DNA of 32,872 nucleotides, from contig NC_068981.1 of assembly GCF_001194135.2 (NCBI RefSeq), forward strand, positions 64,605,540 to 64,638,411. Direction: 5' to 3'. A program made the translations under genes and the position numbers. How positions within the stretch are numbered: the first letter of the stretch is position 1; the number at the start of each line of letters is the position of its first letter. Of the stretch, positions 22,381 to 32,872 are shown in pieces. The notes under the pieces are model-generated. The model had not been told where the DNA came from and did no database searches. It saw only the letters and a list, made by a program, of their open reading frames with translations. The stretch comes from Octopus bimaculoides (lineage: Eukaryota).

Positions 22381-22929
22381 ATGTGCGCTGTTGAAATGTA
22401 TGTTTTTTTGTAATGGAATATGTAAGTGCCTTTATACTTTTGCGCGTGTTTATTTACATTGACATAAACGTATACAGGCGTATATGTCAAAATATATCTG
22501 CGTATATGTGTGTGTATGTGAGCGCGCTTGTGTGAATGTCTCAGTATGTATACATAAATGCATGTATGAAAGTTGCTAAAAGTGAGCATGCGTGTGAGTT
22601 TGATGAGATTTTGTTAAGACAGTAAATACGAAATAATTTATATTGACCCTTAAATTTATTTCCCCATCAATTTCTGAAAGTTATTTCATAATCCCCTTTG
22701 ATCCTTTTCGGAGGACTGGGGGATAGAACTCGTTTAAAAACACACAACTGAAAAGCATTTTCTCGTCTTTTTCTACTTTCTATTTGCATTATAAATGTTT
22801 ACCCAGCCATTGTATGTATATAGATATTTTAAGAGGGTGTCTGAAAGTTGTGTTAAAAAGATAAAATAGAGAGTAGGGATAGTGAAAAATAGTGACGGGG
22901 ATGATGGAGACGTAGACATACAAACAGGT

Positions 22930-23406
22930 CGTAGCCAGCTGTATGTATCGATAGATAGGCAGACAGATAGATGGATGGACGGACAGACAGACGGAGAGAC
23001 AGAGATGGATGGATGGATAGATGGATACGTAGATAGACAAACGGACAGACAGAGAGACACATAGATTGATAGATAGACAGACAGACAGATTGATAGACAG
23101 ATAAATGGATAGATATATATATATATAGAGAGAGAGAGGCAGAAAGGCGGGCGGACGGACAGACAGACACAAAGATTGATAGATAGCCAGACAGACAGAT
23201 TGATAGACAGATAAATGGATATATATATATATATATAGAGAGAGAGAGGCAGAAAGACGGGCGGACAGACAGACGGACGGACAGATTGACAGACAGACAG
23301 ATAAATAGACTGATTGATAAATAGACAAAGAGACAGATAGGCAACCAGACAGACAGATAGACAGGCAGGCATGCAGGCAGACAGACAAACAGACAGAAAG
23401 ACAGAC

Positions 23407-23453
<47 letters not shown>

Positions 23454-23498
23454 CAGGCAATGAGACAGACAGACGGATGGATGGATAGATAGATAGAT
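22930..23498. repeat. GATA/GACA/GGAT compound tetranucleotide array with a 110-bp higher-order duplication
   Basis: Direct reading; the block starting agattgatagatag recurs at 23063 and 23173. Confidence 0.93.
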
Positions 23499-24116
23499 AT
23501 CTTTTTATTATAGCCACCCAGGGCTAAATACAGAAAATGGACAAATTACAAAGTAGAGCTTTTCTTGGAGGGGGGGATAATTTCGATCAAAAGGGATCGC
23601 GGAAAAAAAAAGGTGGGGATTTCGATCAAAAGGGATCGCGGGAAAAAAGAATAATAAATAAATAAATAAAACGTGGGGGGGGCGATCAATAGGGATCGTG
23701 TATCACAGTCAATGTAAAGAACGGGGAACAAATTAGGTTTATCCGTGGAGANNNNNNNNNNNNNNNNNNNNNNNNNNNNNNNNNNNNNNNNNNNNNNNNN
23801 NNNNNNNNNNNNNNNNNNNACCCATTTTTTATTGAAACTTTCATTCGACAACACTTTCCTCTGTATCCTCATCCTCCTTTTCAAGTGGTACTTGAAAAAG
23901 TTGACGAGGGACTGACCAGAGAGGAAAGTGCTTGTTTGTAGACCTTTCAAACGCGTCCACCACACGCATTCTTTTGCCATAGCTATCAGTGTTACAAAAA
24001 CCGTTTTTCCTTCCCGTTTAAAGGACGGTGGCGGAACAATATTCACGATAGACTCGGCTGATAAGTGGGCTCGTCCCACACGCGACAACAGCCGTTCGAC
24101 GAAGGTCCACAGCTCA
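23499..24116 (-). mobile_element. 5'-truncated Tx1/L1-like LINE (ORF2 C-terminus plus 3' UTR) with 15-bp TSD
   Basis: Open frame ELWTFVERLLSRVGR...KECVWWTRLK...FFKYHLKRRMRIQRKVLSNESFNKKW has the W-x2-R...F...F-x3-W pattern of Tx1/L1 ORF2 ends. The 3' end is ctataataaaaagat. gatagatagatagat flanks it at 23484-23498 and 24117-24131. Confidence 0.75.
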
Positions 24117-24164
24117 GATAGATAGATAGATGTGTGAGCATTTGTATAAGTGTATGTGAATGTC

Positions 24165-24295
24165 CGTGACCTAGTGGCTAGGATTTGTTTTGGTGCCGAC
24201 AGGGTTGTAGTTTCGATTCGTGGATTAGGCGGTGCATTTTGTCTTTGATAAAGGACTTCATTGCACGTTATCACACTTTACTCAGTGAAATGGTG
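24165..24295 (+). mobile_element. Degraded tRNA-derived SINE, third family
   Basis: A-box-like gtgacctagtggctagg, B-box-like gtttcgattc, then a CORE/Deu-like gtctttgataaaggacttcattgcac...actcag. Confidence 0.55.
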
Positions 24296-24458
24296 GTACA
24301 CCCTCTCTTGTTTCATCTTTCACTTTGTACAGCAAGGTCGGGGTGGGTCCAGGGTGTCTTTGTGTTAACCTGCGAATATACAAATACCTAAAATAATAAA
24401 ACCAGTAACTAAGGTCTGGTACGACAAAATAATTGCTGCTTGTATATACACGAATATA

Positions 24459-24494
<36 letters not shown>

Positions 24495-25205
24495 NNNNNN
24501 NNNNNNNNNNNNNNNNNNNNNNNNNNNNNNNNNNNNNNNNNNNNNNNNNNNNNNNNNNNNNNNNNNNNNNNNNNNNNNNNNNNNNNNNNNNNNNNNNNNN
24601 NNNNNNNNNNNNNNNNNNNNNNNNNNNNNNNNNNNNNNNNNNNNNNNNNNNNNNNNNNNNNNNNNNNNNNNNNNNNNNNNNNNNNNNNNNNNNNNNNNNN
24701 NNNNNNNNNNNNNNNNNNNNNNNNNNNNNNNNNNNNNNNNNNNNNNNNNNNNNNNNNNNNNNNNNNNNNNNNNNNNNNNNNNNNNNNNNNNNNNNNNNNN
24801 NNNNNNNNNNNNNNNNNNNNNNNNNNNNNNNNNNNNNNNNNNNNNNNNNNNNNNNNNNNNNNNNNNNNNNNNNNNNNNNNNNNNNNNNNNNNNNNNNNNN
24901 NNNNNNNNNNNNNNNNNNNNNNNNNNNNNNNNNNNNNNNNNNNNNNNNNNNNNNNNNNNNNNNNNNNNNNNNNNNNNNNNNNNNNNNNNNNNNNNNNNNN
25001 NNNNNNNNNNNNNNNNNNNNNNNNNNNNNNNNNNNNNNNNNNNNNNNNNNNNNNNNNNNNNNNNNTATATATATATATATGACTGCTTTTACGTTATCAA
25101 AGAAAATAAACATTAATTGAAGGATCACTCAATACATTTAAGTGCTATATCACATTCAATTAATTAATTTTAACAAGAAGGAAATGTCCAACAGTGACTT
25201 TGTAC

Positions 25206-25262
25206 TTTCGGCTTTGTTGCTTCCCTTAGATTAATAGTCTGCCGAAAGCAACAAAGCCGAAA
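25206..25262. repeat. Inverted repeat, 17-bp perfect arms
   Basis: tttcggctttgttgctt (25206-25222) and aagcaacaaagccgaaa (25246-25262). Confidence 0.95.
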
Positions 25263-25614
25263 CTGACAAATACAGTTTGTGAGCCAAGCTTTGCTGTTCC
25301 CAAAACAACGATTTGCCCCAGATATCTTGTAAACACAAGAACAAGCAAAAGAATTTATGTCAGCTTATCCTTTCACTTCATTTGTTTGTTTACTCAGCAT
25401 TATTTCTTTATGATTACCAAAGAGATATGTGTTGCAGTTGTGTGTATTTTTCTTAAGAATTTTAGACATTACAGAATGAAAATACATTTGAAGATTCCCT
25501 GCCCACATTGATTACGAACTTCATCCGTCTCTTAACCCGTTAGTCAGTAACTTCCCATCAGGTCACGCTATCGTGGCAAGGGTTTATGATTCTTTTTCTT
25601 TCCTAGATTTAGGC

Positions 25615-25900
25615 AACTCTATTGTTCCTCAGGGTTTGATTTTATTCCTCACCCTCATTTTTCTATACATTAATAACTTACACGGCCAACAACGGCCTGT
25701 CCCTTCAAAGATGACCCGGCTTTTAAGTTTTCTCTAAATTTCACAAACCAGATATCAACCCCTCACTGCCAAGATACAACATAACATGTCACCACTGATT
25801 CTATGAAAAGATAATTTTGACTTTCTCCAATGGTGTCTTTTCAGTCTTCTCTCTTTCAACAGCAAAACACCACAAGCAATGCTTTGTACTATTCACTTTT
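25615..25900 (+). mobile_element. Decayed LINE reverse transcriptase remnant (CR1/L2/Jockey group)
   Basis: IVPQGLILFLTLIFLYINNL (PQG motif, 25621), DD (25710-25715), QW...SFNSKT (25828-25869) in the canonical RT order, with frameshifts and stops. Confidence 0.8.
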
Positions 25901-26000
25901 AAACATGATCGATAGTTAACTGGTTCCTTCACACCTGCTCCAAATATGAAACCTCACAATTACTTACAATCTTACCTGACGAAGCGATATATATTTTTTA

Positions 26001-26359
26001 TACGTAGGCTGTACCAAAAGTAATACCAAAGTCGGCATAACGTTTTATAAGCTGACATAAGTCATTCAAATTGCTCATAATTACCTACTGCGTGGATTGT
26101 CACCAGTACTGGTTTCCTCCTGTCTAAAATTCTTAATGCATTTATGCACATTACTTTGTTAATGGTGTCATCTACGTAAACAAGTTGTAACTTTCTGTGG
26201 ATGTGGGACACTTCGCACCCATCCTCCGTGTAAAACCTAATGACGGAACGTTGCTTCTGCTTGGAATCCATTATCTTGCGTGATGTGAAAAACTGGAAGA
26301 AATGTTACTGTCGAGAAAGCGTTGCTCTACCAAGAGGTATAATTTGAACAGTCTATGTC
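26001..26359 (-). mobile_element. Internally deleted mariner transposon
   Basis: MDSKQKQRSVIRFYTEDGCEVSHIHRKLQLVYVDDTINK (from 26271) is a mariner N-terminal HTH. Degenerate TIRs: tacgtaggctgtaccaaaag on the left and tttgaacagtctatgt on the right. Confidence 0.85.
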
Positions 26360-26637
26360 AGTTAATAAAACAGTTTTTACTACGTTGACACTACTTGTAT
26401 TATTATCCTCCTGACTGGGTCCCTATCCTGAGGTCTGGCATTATGGTGTCTGACAATTGTTGTCAATTCAAAAAAAGCTTAAGCAAGGTTCACAATGGAT
26501 AATTACTGCCGCTCCTGGAAAAGTGCTGCACCGTGCCAGAACAGATATAATTACACTCAGTGGTGCAGACAACGAAGGATGCAGTAAGAATAGCAATATT
26601 AAGTAATAATAATTGGGAGAGTAAGATGAAGATTTTT

Positions 26638-26665
26638 GTGGTGGTGGTGGTGGTGGTGGTGGTGG

Positions 26666-26699
<34 letters not shown>

Positions 26700-26968
26700 A
26701 AATACACACACACACNNNNNNNNNNTGATGATGATGATGATGATGATGATGATAAATACACACACACACAAACACATACATACAAATGAAACATCCTACA
26801 TATAAGAGGGTATGTATAAACTAAAATTAGAGACTGATTTTCACAAATTAGCAACTCTCAGACATTAATAGAAATACATACATCCTTAAACACACACACA
26901 CAAGCACGCACACATACACAAGTACACACACGCATGCAAACAAGCACACACGCGTGCGCGCGAGCACG

Positions 26969-27000
<32 letters not shown>

Positions 27001-27025
27001 CACACACAACAACAACAACAACAAC
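26638..27025. repeat. (GGT)n(GAT)n, (AC)n and (CAA)n microsatellites
   Basis: Direct reading. Confidence 0.93.
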
Positions 27026-27309
27026 TCGATATAGACCAAATTTGTTAACCAACAAAAAAACAAAAATGGTCATATGCTTGCTGATATCCCGGACAGTTAC
27101 AGTCACATAACCACGACTAAGTTTGATACCCAGTTTAATATAGGTCTGATGGGGATGACGGTCACTCCTCTCGATATCAATCATTTATAACTTATACAAT
27201 TCTTGTGTAGTTTATCACACACGATCATTCATTTGAAGTGTGGTGGGAAGCGGAATAGTGTTGAAACAATTATAACCGATATTAAATTTCCATTTAATAT
27301 ATATTTTCA

Positions 27310-27710
<401 letters not shown>

Positions 27711-28137
27711 AAAAACACACACATATTCGTTATTAGCGTCATATGAATTTTGTAAACTTTCGAGAAAACGTGTAATAGTCATTTGGGAGTCGGTCTTGAA
27801 GTACGCATGTAATAATAGCATGTAACTATTGGGTTGAAAAAACCATTTTGCTTGCCAAGAAGAAGGATAGGAATAAGAGTCTCCATAACGATTGGTTTCT
27901 ATTCAATTATCTATTTCAATATTCGATGAATCAGTATTCCAACAACGGCTATGTATTTAGTTGAGCCAAGCACAAAACAGATGTAGTTAATACAACATTA
28001 GCAAGATAGTCTATGGGCAGTGTATGATTTTTATGGCGGCTCAAAACGGTGTATTTAAGCTGAGAGGTATCGTATTATTCATCTGGGCGCATAGTTCAAA
28101 AATAGACATCTTACTAAGTATTTGTCAGTCTTTGAAG

Positions 28138-29080
28138 AAGATGATCGCGTGAGGAAAAGAAAGATGGACGATGGTCACGTGTGAACAACGATGGAGTGTA
28201 AAGGAGAAAGAGGGAAGATATATATATATATATATANNNNNNNNNNATATATATATATATATATACATACATATATATATATATGGGATATATGGGCACA
28301 GGACGTCACAAAACGTAAACAACATGAAATACTAAGACAAACTTGGGTATGCGAACAACGAGAGAAACAAATGGAAAACAAGAAATGTAACATAAAGAAC
28401 GATCCTTCATCAGTTGTCAGCTGTCCATCTACTCTTCAATTCGAGCAATCAACGACAATATAAGGCTTCGAAAATGCAATTTCTCCCGCGAACCAAAATA
28501 AACTTTAGGATTTATGGAGGGTCAAAGTTGGTAACAAAAACAGGACAGTAGAGACATACACAAAAAACAAACGAAAATAAGCATGGAGGCCAGATGAGGT
28601 AAGGTAGGAACGGTGGAGGAATATTGTCTTTGACAAGAGAAACGATAGAAGAGGAGAGAGATAATAATGCGTCTGGTCTGTAAGACAGACTGAAAGAAAA
28701 GAAAGATGATCACGTGAGAAAAAGGAAGATCGACGATGGTCACGTGTGAACAACGAGAGAGAGTATAAAGGAGAAAGAGGGAGAGAGAGAGAGAGAGAGA
28801 GAGACAGTCAGACAGATATAAAACGGTAAAGGGGAGAAAAAAGAATTAGGAGAAAAAGAACAGTACGGGGTAGAGTCGCATCAAAATTATTAAAATAAAC
28901 TTACTTGGAAATGAATGCGTGACGTTCAATCATATAATAATATAAATCATATATATATATATATAGATACATATATATATACATACATATATAATATACA
29001 TATATGCACATACATGCATATATATATGTATATATATATATATACATACATATATAATATACATATATGCACATACATGC

Positions 29081-29111
<31 letters not shown>

Positions 29112-29225
29112 TATACATATATGCATATATGGGTACACAACATGAAATACGAAGACAAACTTGGGTATGCGAACAACGAGAGAAACAAATGAAAAACAAG
29201 ACAAGTAACATAAAGAACGACCCTT
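28138..29225 (+). repeat. Diverged two-block tandem duplication
   Basis: 28138-28214 matches 28703-28781, and 28319-28406 matches 29137-29225. Confidence 0.9.
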
Positions 29226-29232
29226 ATATAAG

Positions 29233-29362
29233 AAAGTAAGAAAATGGAGATATAACATTTAACAAAAATTTATTATCTGCAAAAATCAAACAGCTGTTTC
29301 AATGTTTGAATTTTGCAGAAAATAAATTTTAATCAAATGCTATATCTCCATTTTCTTACTTT
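29233..29362. repeat. 130-bp palindrome (foldback/MITE-like)
   Basis: Outer 22 bp are a perfect inverted pair (aaagtaagaaaatggagatata / tatatctccattttcttacttt). The arms run about 60 bp with a 10-nt loop. Confidence 0.92.
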
Positions 29363-29769
29363 AGTTTGAATGATTATAAACCATGATTTATATATAAACC
29401 TATTGTTTTATGAATATTATAATTCACAACAAATATTAGGTATTAAACCAGCAATTCATTGGATGACACCATCCCTTAATGAGGCTGATTTAAACTCTAA
29501 TTGAATTTGTAAATATATATATGTATGTATGCATGTATGTATATGTGAATAAGAGTTATAAAAATGAAGGTTTATTCTTCTTTAAAAGTTATGTAATTCT
29601 AAATTTGTAAGAGTTGACAATACAGAAGAGCAAGTTCCTAGCATTATTCTAAAACCTGTATAGGTTTACTCATGACCAAGAATTACAGAAATATATTCTT
29701 GTATGAAACTAATTATTTCATATGATATATGGGAAGTTATACTCTGGTCATTATTGTATGTCCCTATGA

Positions 29770-29985
29770 TGGCGAGCTGGCAGAATTGTTAGCACGCTGG
29801 GCGGTATGCCTAGCGGTATTTCGCCCTGTCTTTATGTTCTATGTTCCAATTCCTCCGTGGTTAGCTTTACCTTTCATCCTTTCAGATCTATGAAACAAGC
29901 ACCAGTTGAGCACTGGGGGTCGATGTTATCGACTTACTCTTCCTCCCGGATTTCTGGCTTTGTTTTTATAGTAGAAACGATTATT
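29770..29985 (+). mobile_element. SINE family A, full length, diverged
   Basis: ggcgagctggcagaattgttagcacg...tttacctttcatcc...atagtagaaacgattatt. Confidence 0.9.
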
Positions 29986-31480
29986 GCATGCAGCTGATGG
30001 AACATAATAGACATAAAGAGATCTGCATAAGAAAAATATATAGATGGTCTATCTTATCGACTTTTGCACAATCTTAGTTGACTCATAGAGTGTAATTTGT
30101 CCAGTACATTTATATAACAGTTTATCGCATCGAAGCTGATTAAAATCTTTACTATCGGTTTTGGTTATCAACAGATATCTAGAAAATATGGTCATTACAA
30201 AAATATTTTCGTAGAACATTGAATACTGAAATAGAAGAGAAATAAAAAAAAAAACTATATAACATAAAAGAAATCATTACTATTTTAAATAAATATTTTC
30301 AAAATCATTAATATATAATTAATCTATATTTTCTATATCTCCTTGTACAAGGTCATCCATTAAAGACTCATTCATTTGAGATTTCTTTTGTAAATTTGGT
30401 ACCACCATTTCATTGATTTTTAATCATTGCAAATAGATTCACATCATGTTTTCATTTTCCATCTCTGGAATCTTTTGATACCAAGAGAGGTTTAAGATGT
30501 TATGTGACTGTCTTCTCTTCATGAACCGATGTGAAATATGATTTATTATAAAAATCATGAAAGTATTCTAGTGTATGGCGAATATATTTGGTAAGTGTAT
30601 TAAATAAACCAAACAAAACTCTTCCTTCGTATTTTGTTTCATGATATCAATACGTTTTGTTTTGAAACTAAGTAAATGAAGCTGATTTTTTTTTTTTTTT
30701 TTTTTTTTTTTTGCTACCATTGCATGAAGTACAAAACACAGTTCTATTTTGTTTATCAGTCTTGAAAAGTATTCATTGTATGGATGGTGCTATGAAGTTC
30801 TAACAACGTTGCAACAATCCAATCAGTCATTTAGACGATCTTTAACCCCAAAGATTATTTCCAAAAAGGTTTAAGGTAAGTCCTATCTCGAAAGTGAAGT
30901 ATAGACTCTCAGAAATAATAATAAAACCTCGTACTTATTTTTATTTTTTGATTTTGTTGTTTTTAATAGAAGCTTTATAATGTCTTAATTTAAATATTCC
31001 ACCTTTCACCTTTCTTTTTCTACATCAACATGCTCGTAACATTCCAGCAAAGAGCTTATGTTTCCTTCTAAACGTTAACCAACATATTTCCTTAACTATA
31101 AAGTTTAAAAAAGAAAACAAAGCTGTTTTTTTTTTAAACAATTTTTGTTTGTTTATGCAAGAATAATCAAATTAACATCACAGGAATTAGTAAGTCTACC
31201 GTATCTTTTCTAGTTGCCTGGTAATGTGTGTGTGTGTGTTTTTTCCTCTCTCGAAATAAAGCATCTGTTTGAAGTTAACACTGTGATTAGCTGGACAGCA
31301 TTGGCGCCAATTATAAGACGCTATAATTATGATATCTCCTAGACGCGATTTACTTAAACCTAGACAGTGTCAATTCAGTGAGTGATGTTCTGTGCAGGGA
31401 AAACATTCAATTAGCAGCGTCTAAGCAATGTTAATATATTGTTTCTTCACTATCATCATCAAAATAGAATTTACTTTCAG

Positions 31481-31564
31481 GGTCCTGACAATTTAATCCC
31501 ATCTGCACAATCCTTTCTTTATTGCGTAATCATCTCGGTATCCATTTTTGCACTGATCGTTTAA
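31481..31564 (+). CDS. Candidate terminal exon encoding a GPI-anchor-signal-like C-terminus
   Basis: Acceptor tttactttcag, then GPDNLIPSAQSFLYCVIISVSIFALIV* (polar spacer and uncharged hydrophobic tail up to the stop). Confidence 0.35.
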   Translation, partial: GPDNLIPSAQSFLYCVIISVSIFALIV

Positions 31565-31761
31565 ACATAGGTTGTTGCTATGTAACTCCCTCCAAGGAGT
31601 CAATCTAAACACCATTTTCATGGATTGGGATTAAATCCTGAAGCGAGAACCCATACTTGTTAGGCAATAGAAAGAACATTATTATTAAATTGATGGAGAC
31701 AGGATGTAGTTTCCATAAACGATTACGAATTTGATTGTTTTTAAAATAAAGCATCTATAAC

Positions 31762-31952
31762 AGTTGGCAAAGACTAGAAAAGGATAGATTAACAATTAAA
31801 AATATTAGGCTGGTGATAAATATATGAGGATATTTCAGTTTGGATTAAGGTTAGTTGACAAAGACTAGAAAAGGATAGATTAACAATTAAAAATATTAGA
31901 CTGGTGGTAAATATATGAGGATATTTCAGTTTGGATTAAGGTTAGCTGACAA
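31762..31952 (+). repeat. 91-bp tandem duplication (about 2.1 copies)
   Basis: Units start at 31762 and 31853; 3 mismatches counted. Confidence 0.95.
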
Positions 31953-32169
31953 TAGTTAATACGTGACGAATGAGAGTATTAAGTGTTTTGTAGCTAATCA
32001 TAACACGTGTTTTATAAAGTAAAGGTATGTTAAGATGATACGATGTGAGCATGTACGTATGCATGCATAAGAGCACGGCAGAGTGGTTTATGCTGCATGC
32101 GTAGCCGCAATTATTTCCCCGACAATTTACTTTACCCACACCGAAACTAGAAAAAAAAACAAGGATGAT

Positions 32170-32256
32170 CTTTAGGGAATTTGAACAGATTTCAATGAGC
32201 AGAAAGAAATGACACGAGAATTTTTTACCGACATTCTAACGATTCGGCCAACTCGT
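32170..32256 (-). mobile_element. Degraded SINE family A head
   Basis: gaatttgaac...ccgacattctaacgattcggccaactcgt. Confidence 0.75.
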
Positions 32257-32295
32257 CTTCATTCTACACCTACCTATAATTATTATAAGCAGTAA

Positions 32296-32545
32296 AGCAA
32301 CGAGTTGGCCGAATCGTTAGCGCGTCGGACAAAATGCTTAACAGTATTTCTTCCAGCTCTTTACGTCATGAGCACAAATTCCGATAATAACAATAATAAT
32401 AATTATTATTATGGTGGCGAGCATTATGGTGCCTTGCCATTTAACTTTTCGGGATCGATAAAATATGTACCATTTGAACAGTGAGATTCATGTAATCGAC
32501 TTAACCCTCCCTCAAAATTGCTGGCCTTGTGCCCAAATTTGAAAG

Positions 32546-32602
<57 letters not shown>

Positions 32603-32745
32603 GTTCTGAGTTTAAATTCCGCCGAGGTCGACTTTGCCTTTCATCCTTTCGGGGTCGATGAAATAAGTACCAAGTTGATCACTGGGTTCGATGTAATCGT
32701 CTCTTCCTCACCTCCCCAAGTGGCCTTGTGACAAAAATTTATTAT
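32296..32745 (+). mobile_element. Cluster of three SINE family A pieces separated by (ATT)n/(AAT)n
   Basis: Head 32296-32385, internally deleted copy about 32412-32546, 5'-truncated copy 32603-32740. Confidence 0.88.
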
Positions 32746-32756
32746 TATTATTATCA

Positions 32757-32833
<77 letters not shown>
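32739..32833. repeat. (ATT)n SINE-tail microsatellite
   Basis: Direct reading; a second tract lies at 32547-32602. Confidence 0.97.
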
Positions 32834-32836
<3 letters not shown>

Positions 32837-32872
32837 TAGTTTTATTTTTATAACGTGCTTTCACTTCACTAC

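Noticed and set aside
26667-26770. Duplicated (GAT)n-aaatacacac block around a 10-N gap
   Set aside because: Typical scaffolding artefact from overlapping contig ends.
28010-28060. LWAVYDFYG resembling a Neuralized NHR motif
   Set aside because: Only 18 codons between stops, no good splice sites; likely chance.
30330-30560. Protein-like fragments on the minus strand
   Set aside because: Short frames interrupted by stops, with no recognisable motif.
30760-30881. Exon candidate ending at aag|gtaagt
   Set aside because: All three frames contain a stop before the donor, so it cannot be a coding internal exon; a non-coding exon is not excluded.

Overview
Repeat-dense eukaryotic DNA with about a dozen N gaps. 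There is no prokaryotic content, rRNA, genuine tRNA gene or CRISPR array. The microsatellite load and SINE families look like an octopus (coleoid cephalopod) genome; this is inferred, not searched. Almost all ORFs in the track are artefacts of microsatellites or N runs. Supported content: (1) many copies of two tRNA-derived SINE families (A and B) and one copy of a third; (2) decayed LINE pieces: an APE endonuclease at 2.5-3.4 kb, an RT at 25.6 kb, an R4/Dong-like RLE fragment at 19 kb, an RTE-like derivative at 4.9-5.5 kb, and a 5'-truncated Tx1/L1-like 3' end at 23.5-24.1 kb with a 15-bp TSD in (GATA)n; (3) a deleted mariner at 26 kb; (4) a Penelope-like remnant with a degenerate hammerhead motif at 6.4 kb; (5) local duplications and hairpins. 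No host gene is established. The weak candidates are a GPI-signal-like last exon at 31.5 kb and an unexplained ORF at 16.9-17.1 kb. I cannot demonstrate a new system. The best lead is a microsatellite-associated retroelement module: a possibly (GATA)n-targeting Tx1-like LINE, plus a SINE variant whose 3' tail resembles that LINE's 3' end.
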